Position numbers and translations under genes: made by a program
NCBI GenBank assembly: GCA_051306435.1
Contig: JBPPNF010000052.1
Span: forward strand, 4,906-68,905
Direction of reading: 5' to 3'
From: Solirubrobacterales bacterium
Lineage (GTDB): Bacteria > Actinomycetota > Thermoleophilia > Solirubrobacterales > JACPNS01
Length of the DNA stretch: 64,000 nucleotides
The notes under the pieces: model-generated
The model's database searches: none
The model's input: the letters and a program-made list of their open reading frames with translations, nothing else
What the model was told of the DNA's origin: nothing
In this document: piece after piece, positions 41,201-49,204 of the stretch
Layout of the letters: every line of letters starts with the position of its first letter
Numbering within the stretch: the stretch's first letter is position 1

Positions 41201-44200
41201 GAACGCGGCCTGTCGTGGCGCTGCCCGTCGGGACGTTGACGCCCAGGGTCAGGGCTGTCGGATTGCCGGCAGCGGTCGGGCTGACCGATGCGCTGAGCGT
41301 CGGGTCGTAGGCCGGGACGCTCGAGGAGCATCCGGTGGTCGTGAAGCTGGAGCTGTTGTTGGCGCCCGAAGAGTCGACGCTGTTGTCCCCGGCGGTGAAG
41401 TCGGCGCTGATCGTGTTGCTCTGGCACTTGCTCGGGTTGGTCATGTAGTCGTTGCCGTTGACCGTGCCGTTCAGGGTCATGGCGAGCGTGCGCAGGCGCA
41501 CTGCGATGCCCTCATAGCGCTGCGGCAGCGTCACCGCGGCGTCAATTCCGTAGTCGGCACGGATGCTCGACGTGACCGGGATCGTCAGGTTGCCGAGGTC
41601 GAACGGACCGACGACAACCGGCACGATCGCCGCGAAGCGGACGGGCTCGTCGGCGTTGGGCGTGACCTGGAAGATCTTGCCGCCGGCGAGCGAGTAGGTC
41701 GCGGTGCCGGATCCGAAGCTCGTGTTGAAGGTTCCGACCTGTGAGCCTGCGGCGGTCGTCTCGCATGATCCCGCCACGGCACTTGCCTGCGAGCAGTTGC
41801 TGGCGACGGCCGTCGTGTTGGCGACGAGGCCGGTCGGCAGGTGGATCGCCATTGACTTCAGCGTCTTGTGCTTGTCGCTGCGAGAGACGTTCAGCGTGAG
41901 GTTCGGGTGGCCGGCCGGCGTGGGGTTGCTGACCGAAGCCGTGAACGACGGATCGAACGGGAACGTTCCGCAGCCGCTCAGCGGGTAGGACGGCGAGCTG
42001 CTGCTGGTCGCACCTGTGTCGGAGTTCGGCGTGAAGGTCGCGCCGAAGCTGTTCGCGCAGGTCTCGGGGTTCACGACCAACGCGTTCGGGCCGCTGTTGA
42101 AGGCCATCGAGAGGCTGGTGAAGCCGAGGTCCGGGATGTTGTCGAAGTCGGCACTGATCTGGCCGGTGCCCGAATCGACCGCGCCGGTGCCGGCGGTCGG
42201 GATCGTGGTCGAGCCGTTGATGCTGATTGCGCCACGCAGGATCAGCTTCTGACCCGGCAGGTCGATGACCATCGCGACCCGGTAGCGCGTGGTTGAAGTG
42301 GTGCCCGGCGACTCGAGGTAGAGCTTGCCGGTGGGGTTTGTGTTCAGCAGCGGCGTGACCATCGTGATGTTCGCGAGCTGCGAGCTTCCGGCGCAGCCTG
42401 CACCGCCGGCGTTGATCGTCGCCGTGGCGCACGCGGTCAGTCCAGTACCGAACGCCGGGTTGATCTCCATGCCGCTCGGGAACGTGATCTGCACCCGCTT
42501 CATCGTCGGGTTGGTTGCCGCCGAGTTGATCGTGAAGGTCAGGCCCGCGGGATCTGCCGGGACGGACGACGACGTTGCGACAGCAAGAGTCGGCGCGGTG
42601 CCAAAGCCTGCGCATCCACCGGTCGTGAAGTTGAAGGAGCTGGCGACGGTCGCCGGTGAGGCACCGTCAGAGACCATCGACGCGGTGACCGCGTTGCTCT
42701 GGCACTTGCTCGGGTTGATCATGAAGGGGTTGCCGTTGGCGGTGCTGGCCAGCTGCAGCTGCAACGAACGGATGTGCACGGCGATGCCCTCGTAGCGCGT
42801 CGGCAGCTGGGCGGTGGCGTCGACGCCAAGGTCTGTGCGCAGCGTGGTCGAGATCGGGATGCTGAGCTTTCCGAGGTCGAACGGTCCGACGACCACAGGC
42901 AGAACTACAGCAAATCGCGCGGGCTCGGCCGCGTTGGCCTGGACGTTGTACATCGATCCGCCGAGCGGGAAGGTTGATGCGCCAGATCCGATCGTGGTCG
43001 AAACCGATCCGATGATCTGGTTGGCGGCGCAGTTGCCGGCCGCAGCGGTCGCCTGTGAGCAGAGCGTGGTCGCGCTGGTCGCAGCGACAAGGCCGGTCGG
43101 CAGGCCGACGGTGATGTTGCGCAGGTCGCGGTTGTTGTCCGGGCGGACGAAGTTCAGCGTCAAGTTCGGGTTGCCCGCCGAAGTCGTCGGCGAGACGTTG
43201 CCGTTGAAGGTCGGAGCGAATGCCAGCGGGTCGCTGCAGTTGGTGTCGGGGGTGTAGCCGTCGGTCACGGTGCGCGCTGCGCCTGTGCCGTTCGGTGTCC
43301 ACAGCGCGCTGAAGGTCGAGAGCGTGCAGCTCTGAGGGTTGACGAACAGTGCCTGACCGCCGCTGTTGAAGGCGACGCGCATGTTCGTGAAGCCGAGATC
43401 CGGGATGCCCGGGAAGTCGGCGACGATCTGTCCGGTGCCCGAATCGACCGCGCCGGTTCCGCCGGTCGGGATCGTGCTCGAGCCGTTGACGGTGATCGCG
43501 CCGTGCAGGATCAGATCCTTGCTCGGCAGCTTGACGACGATCGCGGCCTTGTAGCGGGTGGTGCCCGTGGTGCCCGGCTGCTCGAGATAGACGGCGCCGG
43601 TCTGCGGCGCTGAGAGCAGCGGCGTGGTCAGGGTGACCGTGCCCAGGCGCGAGCCATTGCCGTCGCAGGTCGTCTGACCCGGGGTCGTGGCGAGGTTTGC
43701 GGCGCTGCAGTAGTTCAGGCCTGTGCCGACGGCCGGGTTCAGTTCGAATCCGGTCGGGAAGGTCAGTCTGATCGCCTTGGTCGTCGGGTTCATGAGCGTG
43801 CTGCCCAGGTCGAACGTGAGCCCGACCGGCTGCCCGGCCTCGGTTGTCGACGGAGTGACGGCGAGCGTCGGATCGGTCGCGTACGGACGGTTGCAGCCGG
43901 TGAAGGTTGCTGGCGTGGTGCGCGCGACGGTCACCGGCTCCGGCGAGATGATGTCGGCACCGATCGATCCGGCGAGGCACTCGCTCGGGTTGATCATGAA
44001 CGGCTGGCCGCTGACAGTTCCGTTGAGGGTCAGGTTGATCGAGCGCACACGCACGTCAACGCCCTCGTACCTGGTCGGCAGCTGCGAGAAGGTGTCGACA
44101 CCGTAGGCGCGGGTCGGGTCGGCGACGCCGTCGTTGAGCGCCGTCGAGATGTCAACCGGCAGGTTGCCGAGGTTGAACGGTCCGACGAGTACCGGGATCA

Positions 44201-47200
44201 GCGCGGCGAGGTGCGCCGGCTCGTTCGCGCCCGGTACGACGTTGTAGACGGTGCCGCTCAGCGAGAACTGCTCGGCGTTCGCGCCGATACCGGTTGTGAT
44301 CGATCCGACGGCGCTGCTCGGCGTGGTCGTGCCACAGGTGCCGGCCGCAGCGTCGGCCTGTGAACAGCGGACGACGGCCGTGGTGTTGGCGACAAGGCCG
44401 ACCGGCAACTTCACGTTGAGGTTGCGGATCGTGTTGACCGTACTGCCGCCGTTGTTGACGGCGATGTTGAGGTTCGGGTTGGCACCCGCGACATAGCTGC
44501 TGAGTGTGCCCGAGAATGTCGGGGCGAAGCTCGTGGTGACGCACGGGCTGTTGGTGTCGAAGTTCGAGTTGTTGGTCGTGGCGCTGCTCGGGTTGTTGTA
44601 CGGGTACATCTGCGCCGCGATCGTGTTCGTCGCCGAGCATGTCGTAGGCGTGACCAGCATCGCCTTGCTGCCGGTGGCGAGGTTCACGGTCAGGTTGTTG
44701 AACGAGAGGTCCGGGAGGTTGTCGAAGTCGGCGGTGACCACTCCGGTTCCGGAGTCGACGCTGCCGGTCGCACCGGCCGGGACGGTCGTGTCACCGTTGA
44801 CGCGGACCTTGCCGCGGATCACCAGGCTCTGGCCCGGGAGCGCGATGATCATCGCCAGGCGGAAGCGGGTATCCGGGGATCCGCCGACGTCAGGTGACTC
44901 GAGATAGACGCTTCCGGTAAAGGTTCCCGAGATCAGCGGCGTCGTCATCGACACCGTTCCGACGACCTGCTTGCCGGCCGCTGAGCATGCGTCAGCTCCG
45001 CCTGCGCTGCTGTTGATCGTGGCGGTCGGGCAGGTGAAGCCGGCGGGGTAGTTGCCGACGGCCGGGTTGACCGACATGCCCGCCGGGAAGGTCAGCCTGA
45101 GCTGCTTCAACGTGGCGTTGCCGCTCGAGTTGCTGACGGTGACGTCCAGTCCGACGGGCGACTGCGTTGCCGGTGTCGCCGGGTTGGTCGCGACGGTCGT
45201 GGTCGGCGGCGTTGCGCCGAAGCCGCCGGCGCAGGCGCCGACGGTGAAGTTCTGAGTGCCGGTCGCGGTGCTGGCGAGGTGCGAGGTCATCGTCGCGGTC
45301 GTGGTCTTGCTCGCGCCGCAGTTGCTCGGGTTGGTCATGAAGTTCGCTCCGTTGCCCGGGGCGACGCCGTTGATCAGGACCTGCAGGCTGCGGTAGCGAA
45401 TCTTCACGCCCTCATATCGAGCCGGCAGCGTGACGTTCGCGTTCAGGCCGTACGGGTCCGCGTCGGTTGCAGGTCGCATCGAGAGGGGGACCGGGAGCGA
45501 CAACGAACCGAGGTTGAACGGTCCCAGCACGACCGGGACGATCGCCGTGAACTTGGCGAGCGCGCCGGGCGCGACGGTGTTGTAGAGGTTTCCGGAAAGG
45601 CTCGCGAGACCCGCGCTCGGGGAAGCGACGAGCGCGGAACCGACCGTGGTCACGACCGACCCGATACGCGTGTTCGCCGGGCAGGCAGCTGCGTCGGCCT
45701 GGACCTGTGTACAGGTCGGAACCGCCGCCGGGGCTCCCGTCAGACCAGACGGCAGCGCGAACTGGACAGATCTCAGCTGCTGGCTCTTCTCCGGACGGTT
45801 CACCGTGAGCGTGAGATCCGGGTGCGCGTTCGGCGCGGTGGTCGAAAGTGTCTGGGCGAAGGTCGGGGCCCACGGGTCGGTTCCGGTGGATCCGACTGTG
45901 CCGTTGTAGTTGGTCAGGTAGCTGGCGCTGGAGTTCACCGGGCTGGTCGAGCTCGTCGAGTACGGCAGGAAGCTGGCGTTGAAGGTCTGGGTGCCGATCG
46001 TGTCACTGTTGACGAACATCGCCGTCGGGCTGTTGAAGGCCATCAGCAGCGACGACCACGGGACGTCTGGGAGGTTGTCAAAGACCGCCGTGAGTTGGCC
46101 CGTGCCGGAGTCGATCGCGCCGGTGCTGCCGCTGACTCCGCCTGTCGTGGAGCCGTTCAGACCGACCGAACCGCGAACGATGATCCGTCCACCGGGCAGG
46201 CTCAGGTACATCGCGAGGCGGTAACGCGTGGCCGGTGTGGAGCCGGGAGCCTCGAGGTAGACCTGACCCGCGATGGTGGTCGGCAGAAGCGGCGTCGTCA
46301 CCGTGACGTCGGCGATCTTCGTGGCGGCGCCGGTGCAGTTGTTGGTCGCGTTGGTGATGTCTGTGTCGATCGTCGCCGTCGGACACGCAGTCACGGCGGA
46401 TGCAAAACCGGGGTTGATCTCGAGGCCTGCGGGCATCGTGACCGTCGCGCGCCGGATAGTCGACTGCTGCGTGGTCGCGGCGGTCTGGTTCTGGCTCAAG
46501 TTGATGTTCAGGCCGGTGGGCTGCGCGGTGGCGAGCGTCGTCGGCGTGACCGCGAGCGTCGGCGAGAACGGCTGCGGCACCGCCGCGCAGTTGAGGCTCT
46601 GGTCGGTGTCGCTCAGCACGACGGTCGACGTCGAGCCGGTGCCCGGCAGGGCTGGACCGGAGAGGTCGCCGTTGGAGGTCAGGCTGGCCTCGAAGGCAAG
46701 CGGCGAGGCGCAGGTGTTCGAGGGATTCTGCAGGAACGGAGCCGTGCCAGCCATCCCGTTCAGCGTCAGCGAGATGCTGCGGTAGCCGATCGGGATGCCG
46801 TTGATCGACTGCGTCAGGTCGGTCGTCGCAACAAGCCGGAAGGTCGAAGCGTTGTCAAGTCGCAGGATCGCATAGCTGATCACGTAGCCGAAGTCGAACG
46901 GTCCGACGACGGCCGGCGTGACGATTGCGAGCTTGGCGGTCTGCGTCGAGTTGTCGGTTGCGACGTTGTAGATCGTGCTGGTCGGCATGACCAGTGTTCC
47001 CGGACCGAGGCCGACGGTGACCGCAGCCGATCCGAGCGCGTTCGCCGGACCACAGGTGCCGAGGCTCGTCTGCGTCAGGCCCGAGCAGATCGGGACCGCG
47101 TTCGCCGATCCGGCGAAGCCGTAGGGCAGCTTGAAGAGCAGCGACTTGAGGTTGTCGGTGCGGTCGGCGCGCGTGACGTTCAGCGTCATGTCCGGGTGCT

Positions 47201-48887
47201 GCCCGGCGTTGACGTTGCTGAGGTTCGCGCTGAAGGTCGGAGCGAAGGCGTCGAACGAGCAGCTGCCGTTGGTGCCGGAGGTGACGCTGAGCGCCTTGTT
47301 CGAAGTCAGGGCGGTCTGGTTGGTCCACGGCGTGAGCGTGACCGAGGCGTCGTAGGCACCACAGACCTGCGGGTTGACGAGCAACTGCTGGTCGTCATTC
47401 GGGTTCGACACCGGGTTGCTCACCGGGGCGCCGAGGTTGTCGAAGCCGACGCCGGTTGACGCGGTGTTGAGGTCGAGCGTGAAGGTGCTGTAGTTGAACT
47501 GCGGCAGTCCCGCGCCCCACGGCGTGACGTTCTGAATCGAGACGGTGACCTGGCCGTTGGCGGGGTTGGTTGTGGCGCGACCCTCGAACTTGACGGCAAG
47601 TCCTGAGCGTGCGGCGTAGAAATAGAGGCGGTAGATTCCGGCGGCTTCGTCGCCGGGCTGCGAGTCCCCGAGATACAGCTTTCCGATCAGATCGCCGGTC
47701 ATTTCCGGCGCTGCGACCGCAACTGTTCCGACATCACTCCCTGCGGGACAGGTCGGGGGGGCGTCGGTGATGCGGAATGTTCCGGTCGGGGCCACCGGCC
47801 TGCGGAACTGGTCCTCGGTGCAACCGGCGCTGCCGAGGCGACCACCGACGGCGGAGTTGATCTTCATGCCGACAGGAAGCGTCATGTCGAGCTGCTTCGT
47901 GTAGGCCGGCTGGTTGACGTTCGTCGTCACCACGGGATTGGTGAGCACCACGCGCAGTCCGACCGGTCTCCCGGCCTGGGTGTTGCTCTGGGTCACTGTG
48001 AAGTTTGATGCGTATGCCGCCATGCCGGTGCAATTCGGCGTCACGCTGGACGATGAGACCTTGAAGTCAGGCGCGGCCGCGATCTCGGAGGCCGGCTTGA
48101 GGTCGACGTCGACGTTGCCGTTCGAGTTGTAGGCGCGGGTGAAGACCCTTGATGTCCAAGCGTCACAGCGGGTGGGGTTGGTCAGGAAGGGCTTCGTGCT
48201 CGGCGCGGGGGCCATGCCGTAGATCGTCTGCGTCAGCGAGACCATACGGATGTCGCCGCCGAGGATCGGGTCAGTGCGCGTAACGTCGTCGATGATGTCA
48301 ATGCGAAGGCCCTGATCATCGGGGCGCAACGTGATCTTCGCTGTGAGGTCGATGTTGACCGTCAGTCCAAGCAGACACCAGGGCGCGTTGCCCTGGAGGT
48401 GGATGCCGAGGTAGGCCGGAACTTCCGGGTTTGCGCTCGGTCGGTTCCGCAGGAGAAACAGGCCGTTGCCGCCGGAGTTGAGGCTGATGTTTCCGCAAAT
48501 CGACAGCGAAGAAGATGCGACCGCCGAGAGGTTGCCGATCTTGCTGGAAGCAGGACAACCGGCGTACGACGGACTTCCGCTTCCAGCCGTCACACCGGTG
48601 TAGTCGACCGTGCAGCGGTTCGCGGCCGCGACGGCATTCGGGTCGCCGATCTCGCCGGCGGGCAGGTCGATGACCAGGCGCTGCGGGTCGTCGTTGTTGG
48701 GCGTGGTGAAGGAGATCGCCTGGTTGATGTTTGAGTGCGCGCCCGGGACGTTTGAGGTGGGGTATGTCGCGTTCAGCGACGTAGAGACGTCAGCGTTGGC
48801 TGTATTCGCGAACAGCGCAACCGAAAAAAGACACGCCGCGACCAGGGCAGTCAGCGTGAGAAGAGAGATTCGCGACGTCCTCGACAC
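32229..48887 (-). CDS. Giant secreted repeat protein (about 5550 aa, 12 units of about 440 aa, Lys-rich C-terminus)
   Basis: Uninterrupted ORF; signal peptide ending ANTANA; recurring GxVYLExPG and GP(F/Y)(D/N)LG modules every ~1.3 kb; start GTG 48887 inferred. Confidence 0.9.
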   Translation of the reverse strand: MSRTSRISLLTLTALVAACLFSVALFANTANADVSTSLNATYPTSNVPGAHSNINQAISFTTPNNDDPQRLVIDLPAGEIGDPNAVAAANRCTVDYTGVTAGSGSPSYAGCPASSKIGNLSAVASSSLSICGNISLNSGGNGLFLLRNRPSANPEVPAYLGIHLQGNAPWCLLGLTVNIDLTAKITLRPDDQGLRIDIIDDVTRTDPILGGDIRMVSLTQTIYGMAPAPSTKPFLTNPTRCDAWTSRVFTRAYNSNGNVDVDLKPASEIAAAPDFKVSSSSVTPNCTGMAAYASNFTVTQSNTQAGRPVGLRVVLTNPVVTTNVNQPAYTKQLDMTLPVGMKINSAVGGRLGSAGCTEDQFRRPVAPTGTFRITDAPPTCPAGSDVGTVAVAAPEMTGDLIGKLYLGDSQPGDEAAGIYRLYFYAARSGLAVKFEGRATTNPANGQVTVSIQNVTPWGAGLPQFNYSTFTLDLNTASTGVGFDNLGAPVSNPVSNPNDDQQLLVNPQVCGAYDASVTLTPWTNQTALTSNKALSVTSGTNGSCSFDAFAPTFSANLSNVNAGQHPDMTLNVTRADRTDNLKSLLFKLPYGFAGSANAVPICSGLTQTSLGTCGPANALGSAAVTVGLGPGTLVMPTSTIYNVATDNSTQTAKLAIVTPAVVGPFDFGYVISYAILRLDNASTFRLVATTDLTQSINGIPIGYRSISLTLNGMAGTAPFLQNPSNTCASPLAFEASLTSNGDLSGPALPGTGSTSTVVLSDTDQSLNCAAVPQPFSPTLAVTPTTLATAQPTGLNINLSQNQTAATTQQSTIRRATVTMPAGLEINPGFASAVTACPTATIDTDITNATNNCTGAATKIADVTVTTPLLPTTIAGQVYLEAPGSTPATRYRLAMYLSLPGGRIIVRGSVGLNGSTTGGVSGSTGAIDSGTGQLTAVFDNLPDVPWSSLLMAFNSPTAMFVNSDTIGTQTFNASFLPYSTSSTSPVNSSASYLTNYNGTVGSTGTDPWAPTFAQTLSTTAPNAHPDLTLTVNRPEKSQQLRSVQFALPSGLTGAPAAVPTCTQVQADAAACPANTRIGSVVTTVGSALVASPSAGLASLSGNLYNTVAPGALAKFTAIVPVVLGPFNLGSLSLPVPLSMRPATDADPYGLNANVTLPARYEGVKIRYRSLQVLINGVAPGNGANFMTNPSNCGASKTTTATMTSHLASTATGTQNFTVGACAGGFGATPPTTTVATNPATPATQSPVGLDVTVSNSSGNATLKQLRLTFPAGMSVNPAVGNYPAGFTCPTATINSSAGGADACSAAGKQVVGTVSMTTPLISGTFTGSVYLESPDVGGSPDTRFRLAMIIALPGQSLVIRGKVRVNGDTTVPAGATGSVDSGTGVVTADFDNLPDLSFNNLTVNLATGSKAMLVTPTTCSATNTIAAQMYPYNNPSSATTNNSNFDTNSPCVTTSFAPTFSGTLSSYVAGANPNLNIAVNNGGSTVNTIRNLNVKLPVGLVANTTAVVRCSQADAAAGTCGTTTPSSAVGSITTGIGANAEQFSLSGTVYNVVPGANEPAHLAALIPVLVGPFNLGNLPVDISTALNDGVADPTRAYGVDTFSQLPTRYEGVDVRVRSINLTLNGTVSGQPFMINPSECLAGSIGADIISPEPVTVARTTPATFTGCNRPYATDPTLAVTPSTTEAGQPVGLTFDLGSTLMNPTTKAIRLTFPTGFELNPAVGTGLNYCSAANLATTPGQTTCDGNGSRLGTVTLTTPLLSAPQTGAVYLEQPGTTGTTRYKAAIVVKLPSKDLILHGAITVNGSSTIPTGGTGAVDSGTGQIVADFPGIPDLGFTNMRVAFNSGGQALFVNPQSCTLSTFSALWTPNGTGAARTVTDGYTPDTNCSDPLAFAPTFNGNVSPTTSAGNPNLTLNFVRPDNNRDLRNITVGLPTGLVAATSATTLCSQATAAAGNCAANQIIGSVSTTIGSGASTFPLGGSMYNVQANAAEPARFAVVLPVVVGPFDLGKLSIPISTTLRTDLGVDATAQLPTRYEGIAVHIRSLQLQLASTANGNPFMINPSKCQSNAVTASMVSDGASPATVASSFNFTTGGCAGFGTAPTLAVATSSSVPADPAGLTFTINSAATNPTMKRVQITFPSGMEINPAFGTGLTACATATINAGGAGCAGSSQLANITMVTPLLNTNPTGKLYLESPGTTSTTRYRVAMVIDLPGQKLILRGAISINGSTTIPTAGTGAVDSGTGQISADFDNIPDLGFTSLSMAFNSGPNALVVNPETCANSFGATFTPNSDTGATSSSSPSYPLSGCGTFPFDPSFTASVSNPTPAGHPNLTLNVSRSDKHKTLKSMAIHLPTGLVANTTAVASNCSQASAVAGSCETTAAGSQVGTFNTSFGSGTATYSLAGGKIFQVTPNADEPVRFAAIVPVVVGPFDLGNLTIPVTSSIRADYGIDAAVTLPQRYEGIAVRLRTLAMTLNGTVNGNDYMTNPSKCQSNTISADFTAGDNSVDSSGANNSSSFTTTGCSSSVPAYDPTLSASVSPTAAGNPTALTLGVNVPTGSATTGRVQIAFPAGMELNPAVGNGLVACSTIDTDASSSNPCKLTSSNLAAVTLTTPLLPGTQTGEIYLETPGTTAATRYKLALVIHLPGRDLVIHGGTLVNGSTTIAGGGLGSTDPSGTATGQITADFPGIPDLGFTALQIAFNSANMLFVNPKTAATFTVNGTLTPNSVATTRTANATFTTSGGTTAVTGFNPTFSAALAPSTSASNPNLTLNVGNPLGMQELKSFDIKLPVGLVANTTGVPRCSQANADAGNCAAGNLVGTVTTTLGSSDTVAEDYTVTGSIYNVIPNADQPARLQAVVPVMVGPFDLGKLSVPVPTTLNSDLTVTASASLPSRFEGIAVRVRAMQMAIQGMPNGNRFMVAPSKCGSSNIEATMISDTSNSSTLTSAINVTGCPTNFATSPAFAVTPDTFTRTAPVNLAFQITSAANNPTIGRVQVAMPLGMEINPGFANNLTACSSVSIDAGGSTCPASSQIGSVSLKTQLLDPTTSYTGKVYLETPGNTASTRYKIAMVVDLPGAKLVVHGKVSIDGSSTIPTGGTGAVDSGTGQIIADFDTIPDLGFTDLNMAFSSANPMLVNPQTCSSNTFTTTMTPSSGGTNAAPTAAYTTTPAGCSDSFSPNFSVSVDGSSSTAASGHPDLNFHVDRPNGTNALNQRYLRELNLDLPVGLVAATTATTHCSQADAAAGNCSSDNLVGVFDAFIGNGTADANNLELAGQIYNVTPNASEPARLAAITDVQVGPYNLGKLMIPIGTQLNPDLSVSTTTTIPRRYEGIAVRIRKLDVSLMGIAPSTGKPFVSVPSRCQNNTVTADMISDTGSAATRTSSFTTTGCPRNFTAAPTVDVTSTPSDTTVPTGLGVTIGSDPQNSTISRFQLALPDDMSINANAGNGLATCSTALINAGGSGCPASSNQGTVTLNTPLLGAAQTGSVYLEDPGATGATRYKLAIVVHLPGTDMILRGKVLVNGSSDITAGLGATDTGTGRITTDFDTIPDLQFTQMVINFNTGNRALLTNPDTCGTQTTNSTITPSSGGADALVNSTFSLSNTLGCSASKPFNPTFTATPASTVSGANTDLTLAVTAGAKNEYLRNFNLKLPVGLVADTTATNTTCSQAQAAAATCTAASQVGSVVTKLGTGAETMDLPGTIHNVTPNSDEPARMAVIVPVLVGPYDLGKLTIPVPTSLRSSDYGVDATTLIPTRYEGINVRLAEMSITLKGIVDQGNGPGADDKGFIKNPSKCDAVGSTNPLRADLVPLTGSTAARSVNYPVTGCPVDFSPDPTLTISGTAGTTAVPTGMTLQIDSSASNPNVGSVVTTMPLGMTLNPAVANANGGLDACSTSQIDSNADACPLGSRIGSVELITPLLPGTKTGYVYLETPGSTAATRYKLALVVDLPGTKLIVRGSAAVNGSSDIAGGLGATDGGSPTGRVVATFPSIPDLGFTQLKIAFNGGPQALFTNAETEGTQTVSAEITPQSGGSTITADGTFNTVYGGSGSQASEPFNPSFGASFSTLDAAANPEVTITVGRSDYTQQIRDFDLHLPPGLVANTVLTPRCSQADAIAGTCAADSAVGTVTTQIGAGTDTLTMNGTLYNVIPDASEPARLAVVIPVTVGPYDLGKLSLPVTTQIVTGAQASDLSIDAHTVLPRYYEGVPVRVRQLQIQLDGMADQGTPGNTADDKPFMINPSQCTSHTLSATMVSTLGNAVTVGSPGGDFTTVNCANAPYNPAITASLSTTQRGKPVGLDLGFQFSGNSSSTKKIVTAFPEGMSINPGVGNYGAGMTCADATVEAGGSGCPSSSRLGEVALDTPLLPTTQTGALYLLPPVGNQASTRYRLGLFVDLPGSGDLYTAGSVTVDGSSDVPTGGTGAVNTGDGQVIATFDNLPDLQFSNLTLSFKTTGAGEHALLTNPNTCGTFRINADMSPWARPTDSINAHTDFTTTDVVANCSQTESADQSGYLSSQIGTGAESEYVAGASKPVTMTVNRPNSDKSIKRVKILLPPGLVGSADAAPTCLQADADAGNCGSTEPGSQIGTVTLKIGDSSDTYEISGGLYNTVAPSNRPAKFTFIADVSVGPFAFGKVIVPVDVNLDSNDYSLFAETGDMPQVFEGIPVRISQMQITLVGKANEGTPDEKIFMSNPRSCGDYLHIRAVVTSVFDKDDSNPTTKNADSQLEYKFTGCENLNLNANTVTIENQAVAPEVGHGAEHPTGLHVLIHQDESLATQATLKELELALPGFRLSAPAANGLAACSAAQLDSQTCPEASRVGTAWIDTSLLPKDQTSPDGPGSHSLWGAVYLETPGTASDGSDRYKLTIQLSGKTLITIRGIARVNETTGEITTRFAGLPDIPFTDFRVELTGYKKVVASTTTYFPLLLNPEGVVGSASTVEAAADMTPHSGTANVIRSSTLPIDAAVAKTFTPTSTSDISPLTSGGHPNAEFTISRGDAQEDIRNVSMQLPAGFLGSAAAVPLCPLTNAAAGTCTDISKVGDVIAKIGQYGQTLTMPGKVYLTEGVGGDIAGMSIKVPAKAGPYDLGDYITQGRIQIRPTDHGITANFVDVPKMFKGVPTHIQNLDISLPGIAQATQKPFLYNASDCSPFSVVTTLTPYNGAPASDSDGYQATGCPSRMFSPSIAFAATSAGDDRIAPSWTIKMHTENGDSTLKSTTVVLPSVMTVNVAGIADACPVDLVNARACPASSKIGTVSVDTPLLTTPVTGTVYMAKSVSGQSLPDLLLDIPAPIDMRIRGANSFISGSGASQIQSAFTNLPDLIWSDLTMNLTGGPKGILGLRSDGKCGSAASSFSSHSGQSVSQNSPVTGITAFCQKIVNTCVNPVVRVSTKGAKKRGNKKVSTSLSLTTAANCQAIKSARVTYPKGTKINKKLIKWKKTKNKKLAKTYKKNLKNLTGRVGSTKLTAKDFRVSGSNGLKFARTFPANARSLSINTKMSALLPSYKTFCAAVTRKKYKAAKKYKAALKKCQKKNVTFTFEITNVDGTAYRYNYVAPAGSKFFK

Positions 48888-49204
48888 GTTCTCATAAACA
48901 TCTGCCTCAGCTGATCGATTCGGTTGAACCGTCTCAAGACAGCCCTGGGAGCCACTCTGGCTCCGTGCACGCTCGCACATTCCCTGCATCCCCTTGTATT
49001 TATCCTCGTAATCCCCGGTCCGTCAGGCGGACCCATCCGCCACTAACCTGGCGGCAATCTGTACAGCAGCCTTTTGTCGGCAAATCGGCCCTGACCCTTG
49101 AGTAAGAAACGATCTGGTACGCGGCATAAACCCCGCGCAAGAGCGTCGATTCGGTGTCTGCTGCGGCCCCCCGCCCTGGTGGCCGAATGTTCTACTCGAG
49201 CGAC

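Noticed and set aside
36168-47459. Long plus-strand ORFs (720 aa, 726 aa and others) antisense to the giant gene
   Set aside because: Shadow frames expected from high-GC codon bias; no recognisable motifs
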